NCBI GenBank assembly: GCA_014905635.1
Contig: CM026547.1
Location: 558,001 to 622,000 of the forward strand
Reading direction: 5' to 3'
DNA: 64,000 nt
Origin: Scenedesmus sp. PABB004
Taxonomy: Eukaryota
The notes under the pieces are model-generated. The model saw only the letters and a list, made by a program, of their open reading frames with translations, did no database searches and was not told the DNA's origin. Positions 22,741 to 34,300 of this stretch are shown here, piece by piece (the stretch's first letter is position 1; every line of letters begins with the position of its first letter). A program made the translations under genes and the position numbers.

Positions 22741-23114
22741 CGAACGTAACACGCACACTCACCGAACATGTGCGCGCGCGCCTGCAGGCAGCTGCGCCCA
22801 CCACCAGTCGCGCGCAGCGCTCGCGGCCCCCATTTAACACGGCGCACCACGGCGCACCAGCGCCCACCAGCGAGGACAGGGGCCCCACAACCCCGCCGCG
22901 CGCACGCTCCAGTGCGCGGGGGCAGTACAGAGGCAAACGTACAGCAGAGCGACCTGGTGATGTACACTCGGCCCACCTGACGGCACTGTTTCAGCCACCC
23001 GGCTCTCCCTCCCTCCCTCCCGGGCTGCCCCTGCCCCTCCCCTCACCCACCCGGCGGGGCACAGGCCTCCGCCGCTGCCTCGCCCGTGCCGCGCCGCACG
23101 GCCTACACAGCCCG

Positions 23115-24578
23115 TCAGCTCGGCACGAGCTGGGCGTGCACCACCGCGGGCGTCGCCGACGACTCGGTGCCGCTGTCCCCGCCATCAGCGGGCTGCGCGC
23201 GCTGCCGCACGGCCAGGCCCGGCGGCGGGTGCGCCAGGCCCGCACTCTCGGCCAGCCCCGCGCCCGCGCGCACGGCCGCGCCGGTGCTGGCCGCCGTGGC
23301 CGCGTCGTGCGGCAGCGGCAGCGCCGCCGCCGCCGCCGCGTCCAGCAGCAGCCCCTGCTCCACCAGCGCGGCGCGAGGCTGCTGGCTGGGCAGGCGCGCC
23401 TGCCACGCTCGCACGCCGCCCTCCGCCAGCACACCGCCCAGGTGCGCGCTGGCGTGCCACGCGTGCTCGCGCGGCGCGCCCAGCGCGGCCTGGGGCTCAT
23501 GTTGCAGGAAGATGGCATGCAGCGACTCCACCTGCACGCAGCAAGAGCAGCAAGCGGGGGCAGCGGGAGTGCACGTCGTCGCGCGTGGCTGCGCTGCGCG
23601 CCGCCGCTCTCGGCCAGCGCGCCAGCGGCGCGTGCGCGCCGGTGCCGCCGCCCGCCCGCCCGCCGCTCGTGGGGCCGCACCAGGTCTCGCATGCTCACGC
23701 TGACGCTGCCGCGCCCGGGCGGGCGGTAGCGCTGAACCCTGCTGCCCCAGTGCCCCGCGGGCCGGCCGGGGTGCTTCAGCTGGAACGCCTGCTCCTGCGC
23801 GCGCCAGGGGAGGGGGTCGGCAGGGCGCGCGCGCGCAGCTGCCATCCCGGCGCGCTGTGCCGGGGGGAGCCGCGCGCCGGCGCGGGCCGCGCCGCGCCGC
23901 CGCGGCGCACCGCCTCGAGCGGCAGAGTCGCGAGGCGGCCCTTGGTGTCGACGCTGACGTCGTCCCAGGTGAGCTGGGGGTTGAGCTCAAAGCGCCAGCG
24001 CCCCGTGGCGGCGTCGGGCGCGCCCACAAAGAGCAGAAGCTTCTTCGCGGTGCGCGGCTGGCGTGGCGGCGCGGGGCGGCGTCGGCCGCGGCGCAGTGGG
24101 CGTGAGGAGGGCGGGCAGGGCGGGCAGGCGGCGCTGCGCGCGGGGCGGGGCCTCACCGTGTGCAGGTTCATGCGCAGCCAGGTGGTCAGTGCGGCCCAGC
24201 ACTTGTTGCGCTGCCGCGCGCCGCTGTGCTGTTGCGGCGCGCCGCTCGCGGAGCTGCGACCGGTGCTGTCCGACGCCACGTCCTGCCTCTGGCGGTGCGG
24301 GTCGCACCACACGTGGCTGCGCGGCGCCGCCCCGGCGGCGCCTGCGCGGCAGCAGGCGCAGCGGTGGGAGAACAGCGAAGAGCGCCGATCGCGCCGCCGC
24401 CGGCGCCGATCTCGCCGTGCCGCGCACCCGCGTGTCGGGCTTTCTTCTTCGACGGCGGCGGCACGCTCTGGTGCTCCGCCGCAGCGCCCAGGCGCAGCAG
24501 CAGCGCGGCAGCGGCGGCAGCGGCGGCAGCATCGCCGGACGCCGCGTGCTCGATCATCGCTACCGCGTCCCGCTTCAT
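23115..24578 (-). CDS. Gene C: hypothetical protein with NLS-like PPSKKKAR, in the spacer of the inverted duplication; multi-exon
   Basis: ATG 24578 (MKRDAVAMIEH); intron 24427-24342 splices in frame to GAAGAAPRSHVWCD..NKCWAALTTWLRMNLHT. Further exons KLLLFVGAPD..WRFELNPQLTWDDV, EQAFQLKHP.., VESLHAIFLQHEP..; stop at 23115. No family recognised. Confidence 0.6.
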
Positions 24579-24841
24579 GGCGGGCGAGCTGCCGGCAGGC
24601 ACGGGAGCGCGAAGGCGCGGCGCGGGCCGCGCGCGCACAGATCTCAAGCGGCGGCGGCAGCATGCGCCGCGCGTCGTGCCGGGCGGGTTGCTCCGAGCGC
24701 CTGCGGCCGGCTGTGCGCAGCCCGCCTGGCAGACGAGCTGGACTGCGCCGGCGCGCGGCGGCGGCGGCGCGCAGAACCGCGGCATTTGAGTCTGGCGCAG
24801 CCGGGCCGATGGCTGTGTGCACGGCCGAGGCGTTCACAAAG

Positions 24842-24846
24842 TTACA
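24842..24846 (-). terminator. Candidate TGTAA poly(A) signal for gene B'
   Basis: TTACA on + strand, ~460 bp downstream of the B' stop in an AT-richer patch; TGTAA is the established chlorophyte poly(A) signal. Confidence 0.4.
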
Positions 24847-25308
24847 AATCTGCTGTGCAAAACCTATTGGTTCGCGCGTGCGCCTACAGTAGTGTAGCAC
24901 AGATCAACCCCGCCGGCTGTAGCTGATGGAACCAGCCGCCCGCCCACTGCCCGCCCGTACCTGCCCCCGCCCCCTCCCCTCCGGTGTTGAGTGACGATGA
25001 TGATGATGGCGCTGAGCAGCGCCGGCTGTGGCCCGAGGGCACAGCACACAGCGCTGAGCAGCAGGTGTGCGAGGCGTGAGGGTGCACGGCCCGGAAAACC
25101 CATCCCGCCAACGTTGGCGCGACTGCAGCCAGGCGGACGCAGTGGCCTCCTCCTGTTTCTCCCCATATCACACACAGGCCGGCCTCAGCCGCTGCCGGCT
25201 GGGGCCGCTGGGGCGGCCACGCAAGCCAGGCCAGCAGCACCAGCCGCCCAGCCCGCCGCCAGCCGCGGCGCGAACCACGCGCGGCGAACCCGGCGCCCCG
25301 CGCGCCCC

Positions 25309-28300
25309 TCACGGCGCGGCGGCGGCGGCGACGGCGGCCTCAGCGGCGTCGGCGGCGTCGGCGACGTCGGCGACGTCGGCGACGGCGGCCTCAGCGGCGA
25401 GCGCCTTGGTGAGGCCGGCGATCGTGTAGCGGTCGCCGGCCACGGCGGGCGTCGTGGGGGTGTTGCCCCGGAGCATCACCTTGCGCACGAGGTCCGCGCC
25501 GGCGCTGCTGCCGAGGTCCATGTTGTCCATCGCCAGGCCCATGAGCAGCTCCGCGAGCGCGTCCAGCGGGTTGGTGAAGTTGATCTCGAAACGGAACGAC
25601 CCCGAGTACCGCGTGCCTGCGCGCGCGCGGCGCAGAAATAAAGCACGCGGCGGCGGGCGGTCGCGCTGAGCTTGCCGGCCGCGCGCTGCGCTGCGCGCCG
25701 CTCCCCGGCGCCCCCGCCCTCCTCGGCTCTCGCCCGCGCTCGCCCGCGCTGCCCCGCGCGGCCCCGCGCGGCGCCGCTCGCTCCCTCCCCCAGTGGGGCC
25801 CGAGGATGACGACGCACCGAGGATGACGACGTCGTAGTTGCCGCCAAACCCGATGCGCGTCGTGCGCAGCGTGAAGTCGATGCCAAAGCCATTGATGCGC
25901 AGGAAGTTGGCGAGCGAGACCTGCGTCGGCACAGCGCCGCCCGCGTGGTGTGGACCCGACCCGGGCCGGCGACGGGCGCGGGACGCACGCCGTGGGCCGC
26001 GGGCGCAGGCGGCAGGCCCCGGGCCCCGGGCCGCGCGCGGCGCACCTTCTGCAGCGCGTTGCCGACGACATCCAGCGCTTCCGCAAACGCGGTGAGTGTT
26101 GAGTTGGAAACGGCCTGGGCGCGACGTCAGGGCGGCGCGGGGCGTCAGGCGCGGGCGTCGGGCGCGGCGCTGCGGCGCCCCGCCCGGCGCGCGCGTGGCG
26201 CCGCACCTCGGCGGCGACCAGCGAGCCCTCAGCGATGTTCAGCAGCCCGTTCGCGGTCTGCGCTGCCGCAAACTGCACGCCCGAGAGCACGTCGACAGTG
26301 ATAGTCTCTGCCGCCGAGAGCACGCCGCGCGCGGTCTCGAGCGCGACGTACTGCCGGCGGCGGGGCGGCGGGGCGGGCGAGAGCTCGGGGCGATGCTGGC
26401 TGCACCCCGCCAGCGGGACGCTGGCTGCCACCGCGCCGAACCAGGCTGCTGGCTGCGCCCGTCAGCGGCGGCCGCGTGCGCGTCGCGCGCACCTGCGTGC
26501 CGCGCAGCACGCCCGTGGCCGCCTCCTGGGCGGCGGAGAGCACCGCGTTGGCCGTCTCGACCGCGACCGCCTCGACTCCCTGCAGGATGCCGTCGGCGAC
26601 CTTCTGCGCCGCGGTGAGCGTCTCCTGCGCTGCTTTGAACGCGACAAACTGCACGGCGTCAAACACCTGGGCGCAGCACGGGCAGAGGCAGGGGGGCTGG
26701 TCAGGCGGCGGCGCTGGGCGCGGCACGACCGCGGCGCCGAGCGTGCCCAGGCCCTGGCACGTGCGAGACCCACGTTGGTCACCACCAGATGCGCCAGGTC
26801 CAGCGCGGCCGTGGCGACCTGCAGCGAGGCGGGGCGTGGCGGGCGCGGATGAGCTGGCGCGGGGCCAGCGCGGGGCCGGCGCGCTGCGGGCCGGGGCGCC
26901 GGGGCCGCGGATGGGGTCCCGCACGCACCTTGATGGCCAGCCAGATTCCGCCTGCGGCAATGCAGTTGTCCCACGTGTCCGGCCAGCCGTCGCACTGACG
27001 TTTGGGGCGGTGCGAGGGGGAAAGGGAAGGGTCAGCGTGCGAGCGCGCATCGCCCTCTCGCGCGCCAAGCCGCCCCGGCAGGCCCCCGCCGCGCACCTCA
27101 TCGTTCTCGCGGTTGTAGTCTGCCCACAGCGAGTCCACCTGCGCGGCGGCGCGGACGCCGCGCGGCGAGCGAAGTCGGCGCCGCGCCGCGCTGCGCCGCG
27201 CAGTCGCGCTGCTGGCTGCTGCGTCGTGCTGGTCACCCGCGCGCGCGCCGCACCTCTGCCTGCGCCTCATTGATGTCTTTGTTGGCGTCCCGCTGGAAGG
27301 CGTCGAAACTGGGGCGAGGCGGAGCGCAGCAGCGGCAAGGGCCTGGTCAGGGCATGGCCGCCAGCGCGCGCGCGCCCGCCGCGCGGGCCGCCGCCGGGCG
27401 CTGGGCGCCGCGGCTGGGCTCACTCCGCCGACGCGCGCGCCAGATCTGCCTTGGCGTTGTCCAGGTCCGTCCGCGCCTTGACTCTGGCACGCGCAAAGGC
27501 CGCCTCGGCGGACTGCGCGCGGCGCGCCGTGTATCGGCACGCGCCGCGCAGCACCAGCCCCGCCGCACGCTCAGCTGGCCGCCGCGGGGCAGCGCGCGCC
27601 GCAGCATGGCGCTGATCCGAGCGCCGGGGCGCATTCTTTGCCGCGCGCCACGGCCGCACCTGCACGTCTGCGCGCGCTTTTGCAAATGCGTTGTTTGCAT
27701 TGCGGACCGCCGTGTCAAACGCGGTCTGCGCAGCGTCCACGTCGCGGCGGGCCTTGTCCAGGTCTGCCTTGGCCTGCGGGCGGCGGCGGCGCGGGCGTGG
27801 GCGCGGTGAGCGGCGGGCAGCACGGCGTGGGGGGCGGGCAGCGCCAGCCGGGCACTGCCCCGGCGGCGCGGCCGGCCCGCACACCCGCCCGGCACCGCGG
27901 CGCGCGTACCTTCTCCTTGGCGCGGTCGAAGGCCTTCAGCTTGTTCACCGCGTCGGCGCGCGCAGCGTTGACCTGCCTGCGCGCCGCGGCCAGGTCGCGC
28001 GCAGCCTGGTCGCGCTCCGCGCGCAGCGTGCCGCCCGCTCCCGTGAGCGCCTGGCCGATTGCACGGATGCCACGGTCAATCTTCTCCAGGGCCAGAGCGA
28101 TGACCCGGCTGAGCTCCGTGGTGTTGAACTGCACGGCCAGGCTGATGCCGTCGGGGGCGAGCTCAAACGCGATCTGCGCCCGCATGCCTGCGTGCCGGCG
28201 CGGTCGGCGCGGTCGGCGCGGTCGGCGCGCCTCGCTCCCGCCGCGCCGCGCGCGAGGCGCGAGGGGCCGGCACGGCGCGCGCGCCCGGCCGAGTGGCGGG

Positions 28301-31300
28301 CGGCTGCGCGGCGCAGCGCCGCCGCCGCGCGCGCTGACTGACCGATGAATGAAAGGTCTGCGAAGAACTGCAGGCCCTGCTTGATGCCGAGCGCGGGGAT
28401 GGCGACGGTGCTGATGGTTGTCCTCACGGTCGTGAGCTTGATGTTGAAGATCCCCAGGTCCACGTTCACGCCCACGCCGCTGAGCAGCATCTCGAGGTCG
28501 AGGTTGGTGATCGACGACTGCGGAGGGAGGCCCGGCGGCAAGGGAGAGCGGGAGGTGAGGGCCGCCAGCTGTGCGGCACGGCGCGGCCGCGCCGCTGGCG
28601 GCCCGGGCGCGCGCGGGCCTGACCTGGAACGCGACCGCGCGCGTGGCCTTGTCATACATGAACAGCGCCTGGCCGGTCACGCCAAACACGGTCACGCTCC
28701 CTGCGGCCGGCGCGGCGCGGGGCGCGTCGGCGCGGGCGCGCTCGCTGCAGGGCCGGGAGCTGCGCGCGGCGCGCGCGCTGACCCGAGAGCGTGCACTGGG
28801 TGAGCATGAACGCCGGCGCCACCGAGGCGGAGGCGGAGATGGTCATCGGGCCGAGCCGGATGAAGGAGGCTCGCGTGAACACGATGCTGCGCGCGGGGGG
28901 TGCACACACGCAGGGGCGGGCGCGGCGCCGCGGCGGCGGCAGGGTGGGCGGCGCGCGGTCAACGCGGCGGGCGGCGCGGCGCGCGGCGCGGCCGCGGTGC
29001 CCAGCGCGGCGGCCGCACCTGTCGAGGGTCGCGCCCGAAAAAGACACGCCGACGCCGTCGGGGCTGGCAAACACGCCGGCGGAGAGGTCGATGCCGACGT
29101 CGCCCTCCACGCCCGGGATGCGCAGGGCCGCCACGAAGCGGCCCGCGAGGCGCAGCGCGCGCGTCGCGCTGTCCAGGCCGAGGCTGAGCTGCACCGTGCC
29201 GGGCCCCGCAAACGGCGACGGCAGCGCGAAAGTCCACGACTTGTCGAGGCCGAAGCGCGCGTTGCGGCCCTGGATCTCCAGCGTGACGTCGTTTACGGAC
29301 AAGCCAATGAAGTCAAGAATTCTCTTCAGCGCCGGCGCGCCGCTCACGTCGGGCGTCGCGCGGATGCTGAACTTCTTGGCCGCGGCCGAGTTGTAGCTGA
29401 GGCTGACGTTGCCGAATCGAATCGGGTCGAGGATCTCAAACAGAACGGCCGGCACGTCGCTCGTGCCGATGAGCTCCCGGATCAGCCCGCCCACGCTCAC
29501 GCGCTGCGCGGTCAGCGACATCGTGACCGTCTTGTTCTTGTACACGTTGGCCAGGACGGCCATCTCGATGCCCAGCACCTGGCCCTTTGCGCTGGCCTGG
29601 AACTGGCGCGTGGGCAGCTTGAGCAGCTTGAACGACACGTCGCTGATGGCAACCTGGGGGACGGGTCTCATTGTGCCGTGGATCTGCGCGGACGCGGTCG
29701 CGGCAGCGCGCGCGCTGTGAGCAGGGCCAGCGGCGCCGCGCCGCGCGGGCTCCGAGGGGCGCGCGGCGGCGGCGGCGGCGACGGCGGCGGCGGCGTGCGC
29801 GGCGGCGGCGGCGGCGGCGCACCAGCAGCTCCACCGACTTGCCCGCCGTCACGCGCAGCGTGGTGGTGGTCTTGGACACGCCCAGCACTGCGCGGGGGGC
29901 AGCGCCGCCGCCGGGCGGCGCGCGTGTGGGCGCTGGCGCGCGCGCCGCGGCGCCGCAGCGGGGCGGGGCACCGCGTGCGCACGTGGGATGTCGACGGTCA
30001 TGGCAAAGCTGAGGGACATCGGCCGGTGGACGTACACGAGCGAGGGGTTGGAGATGGTCACCAGGTCGTTGGGCATGTCATAGTCAAACCCAAACTGAAT
30101 GATCAAACCCGGGCGGCAGGCGAGCAGGCGGCAGGTGAGGTGAGCGCGGGGCGGTGGCCGGGCGGGCAGAGGCTGGCAGCGCTGGGGGGAAGGGGCGGCG
30201 TCGCACGCCGCGTGCGTGCCAGCGCATTGCGGCAACGGCGGCGCACGCGCGCTGGCTGGCCCACCTTGGTGGCCAGCTTCTGCGCCGTCCAGCTCCCGCC
30301 CAGGCCCAGGCTCATCTGCTTCAGCAGGCCTGCCGGCTCGGTCGCGACGACGACGGAGGTGGTGATGGTCGGCACGTCGGCGTTGAACGCGTCCGAGGGG
30401 TTTGACATGTCCGGCAGCGTCACGCCAAAGGTGTCGACCAGCTGCGCAGCGTGGCAAGGCGGCGGGTGAGGCGGCGGCGCGCGGCCAGCGGCGATGGTGT
30501 GCCGAGAGCAGCCGCGGCCTGCCCGCGCGCATCGCGTGAGCGCTCACCTGCTGCCGCACCAACGCCAGCAAGTACATATACTTGCCGGAGGATGCCTCAA
30601 ACGTGGCGGTCTTGGCGGTAGAGTCGTACGCGACCCTGAAGCTCAGCACGCCAGAGCCCGGGATGTCCTCCTGCGCAGGGCGACGGTGGGCGCGCCGGCG
30701 GCGGGGGCCTCAGTGCACGGGGCCTCAGCGCCAGGCCGTGCCGCCGAGGCTCTGCTGCAGCCGCGCGGCGCGCGGCGCGGCGCGGCGCGCTCACGATGCG
30801 CAGCCATGAGGCGGTGTTGTAGACGTCGCCAATGAAGTACTGGGTGGCCGCGGCGGCCAGCTCGTTGTCGAGCATACCGCCGACTGAGAAGGACGCCCAG
30901 ATTGAGGTGCCGCCGTTCCACTTGACCAGCGCGCTGACGTCCGGCACGTCCAGCTGCGGCTGCGCCGAGGCGGACGCCACGACGCCGCTGTCCCCCGCCG
31001 CCAGGGCCTGCTGCGCAGCGATAGACGCGTCGACAGCGGCTTGCGAGATGGCCATCTGGTTGAAGTCCCTGTAGGCCTCGGCCACGGCTACCTGCGCGTA
31101 CGCCTTGGCCTTGGCGCGTGCCGCCCTGACCTCGGGGCTGTTGCGCTTCAGGCGGCGCAGGACGCTAGCGGGGCCTGGGGCGGCAGGGGCGGGTGCGGCG
31201 AGGCGGCGGGGTCGGCGGGCTCCGCAGCATGCCGGCGTGCACGCTCTTTCTCTGCCGCTGTGTCGCGCGCCCGCCCGCTGACCCAGCAGCCAGCCGCACC

Positions 31301-34300
31301 GTTGAAGGCACGCATCCACAGCTTCTGCCAGGGGTCCGCCTGCTTCAGCCACAGCCGCCGGCCGGCGGCAAAGTCTGCTTGCTTCTCGGCGGGCAGCGCG
31401 GCCAGCGCCGCCCTGCGCCGGCTGGGGTCCTCGGGCGGCAGCCGAGACTGCAGGGTCTTGAAGATCGCGCTGGGCATGGCCTCAATGAAAGCCACCAACG
31501 CCTGCTTGGCCATCTCGCTCACGCTGGAGGGAGCAGGGTCGCGGGGCGCGTCTGCGCGGCGGCAGCAGGACCGCAGCACGCGGCAGCGGTGAGCGGTGGC
31601 CGAGGGTGCGCGGCGGCGGCCGGCTGGCACAGGTGCAGCGCGCGCGAGCGCTCACCGCAGGGCCGCGTCTCAGTCAGCGCGGGGCAGTTGTCGCCCGGCC
31701 GCACCACGGTGCGCGTGCGCGTCTGCTCCCACTTGTTGACCTGGTCCCACTTGGTGATGTCCAGCCGCGTACAGGGGCCCCAGTCGCTGAACTCGGACAA
31801 TTGGCAGGCGCTGAAGCCGTCCGGCACGGCGCAGCCGGCGCCGCTCGTGATGTTGGCGGCAGGCACGTTGGCAGAGGTGCGCGCGGTGTCCGGCTGCAGC
31901 GCCGCGCACGTCGCAGCGTCGTTGGTCCAGCTTGCTGTTGCGCCAGGCGGCAGTGCTGTCACCGGCACAGGCACAGCCAGCACCTTGCTGCAGGCCATGC
32001 TGCGGTTCAGGGCCTGCAGCACGTCGGCCACCGGCACCGAGACTGCGAGCGGCGAGGGGTCGAACGCGCAGAAGCGCGTGGCCGAGGTGCGCTGGCCGTA
32101 GACCTGCACCGGGACCAGCGCCACCGCGTGCAGCGTGTCATCGCCGGCGGCGGTGCGGAAAAAGAGGCCGAGCGGCACAAAGGTGTACAGGATGCTGGTG
32201 TCGGTGGCCAGCGTGCGGTACACGGCAGAGCTGGTGGGCGTCGCTGCAAGCGTGGCGATGCGGAACTGGTTGCCCAGCGACGTCGTGGAGCCGCCCTGCA
32301 CGCACAGCACGCGCTGCGAGGCAGCAGTGGCGCCGCAGCACGGCGGGGCGGTGGGCTGAGATGGGCGCGGGCTGTGGCGGCGCAGCCGCGTCGCTGGTGC
32401 CAGCCGCGCGGCAGCTGCCTGGCCCGGATCAGCGCACCTCGCCCTGGTTGGGGTTGATGGTGAAGCTGCGGCAGGGGCCGGTTGTTGGGGCCAGGAAGGC
32501 TGCCGCTGGCCCAGGGTTGGACGGCGGGGTGATGCTAGACACTGCGGGGCGGCGCAAGCGAGGAGGGGGCGGGTGTGGAGCTGTCCGCAGCAGCGCGGCA
32601 CGACACAACACGCCCCGCCTGTGCCGCCGCGTGCTCACCGACGCACGGCGGTCCCGTGGGCGCGAGCCACAGCCCGACCGAGCAGGCGGCCCTGAGCGGC
32701 CCGCCCGAGAAGCCAGCCACGCACTTCGCTTCACAGAAGTCTGCGGTGCTGTTTGCACACGTGGCAGGCCAGGTGGCGCCCGGCGCTGGCGGAGGCAGGC
32801 CAAGGCAGACTGCGCGGCGCGGCGGCCAGGCGAGGCATGTGCATTGGCTAAGCCGAGCGGCGCGCGGCGTCTGGCGCCCGGCACTGGCTGCCAGCGCGTC
32901 GCTCGCGCGCCGCCGGTCGCTCACCCCACTTGCTGCACTTGTCGCCGGTCGACTTTTGCCACTCGCCGTCGTCGCACACCGACTTGCGCGTGCCAGGCAT
33001 GAATTCGGCGTCGCACGACATCTCACAGGCAGCGCCGGGGAGCTTGCTGGGGCAGTTCCATGCCCGCACACCGATCTCGGCGGGCGGGTTGCCGGTGCAC
33101 ACTGCGCGCGAGGCGGCCGCGGGCTCGGCGGCGCGCGCACTGGGCGCCAAGCGCTGGCCGCAGCCGGACGCGTGTGTGCGCGCAAGGCCACGCACTCTTG
33201 CCGCAGGGCGGGCCCAGAACAGCGCCTTTGGAGTCGTCCCAGTTTCCGCCCGCTTTGCACACAATCTGCGGCAGCGGCGTCGGCGCGTGAGCGCCTGGCC
33301 GCCGGCTCGACCGACTCGAGCGCGCAGGGGAGCCAACTCCGGTGCCTCGAGCTCGAGCGCACGCGCGTGCCCAACCCCCTCCCCCCCCTCCCCCGGTTTC
33401 AGGGTTTGGTTTGAGAGGGGTTCGAAACCCACCGTCCGAGGGCCGCCGTAAAACCCGGCGCTGCAGTTGCCGGTGCAGGTCGTCTTGTTTGTGCAGTTGG
33501 CTGCAGCCCAGTCAACGTTGAGACCCCAGAATTCGGATGGGTACGGCGCACGCGTGCAGACTGCGGGGCGCGCGCGGTTGTGGCGTGGGGTGGCGGCGGC
33601 TGCAGCCGCGCCCGCCTGCGCGGGGCGCGCGCGACAGGCAGGCTGGGCCGCGCGTGCTGCGCGCCGCACAGGCGGCGCAGGGTGCGCCCTCCGGCTCCGT
33701 CCAGCCGTCGTCGGTGCACGTTATCGTCTGTGGCCCGCCGGTGTATGGATTGGGGTACTGTGAGCACACGCCTGTGCAGTTCCATGTGCCGGGATCATCT
33801 GGTTTGATCTGTATCTGATCGCACGACCCAAAATCCACACCCGTGCGCTTCGGCAAGAGCCTGTTAGTGCACTTGTCCACTGCGGCGGGCGGGCGGGCGC
33901 AACGAGTGAGTGAGGGGCGGGGGACGTGGCGGCGGCGCGCTGCGCTGGCGTGGCGGCGCGCTGCGCGTGCGCGGCGCGCACTCTTTTTGCAGCCGACCTC
34001 CGGCACCGTCCACACGTCTGCACCCGTGCAGGTAGCGATGAGGCGCTGCTCGCCATAGCCGCCTCTCGGATACGTGCCGTAGTAGCCGCGGGCCATGTCG
34101 CAGGGCGTCCAGCAGACCTCGCCGGCCTTGAGTCCTGCGCGTGTTTGCAGCGGCACCGCCACCACGCCGGTGAGCGCACAAACCCCTTTGGTGTGGCCCT
34201 GCCCGCCGAGGCGCGCTGAGCGCGCGGCAGCGGGCAGCCGCCCTGTGCGCAGCCTCACCGCTGCACCAGGAGGGCCACGGCAGGGCGCCCGGGACGTCGG

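Noticed and set aside
25321..25400. Short tandem repeats as a possible CRISPR-like array
   Set aside because: Coding Ala/Asp/Val repeat at the B' C-terminus; no unique spacers, eukaryotic context, no cas genes.
33340..33365. Palindrome ctcgagctcgag in a B' intron as a MITE
   Set aside because: Too short; no TIR/TSD structure or second copy in the window.
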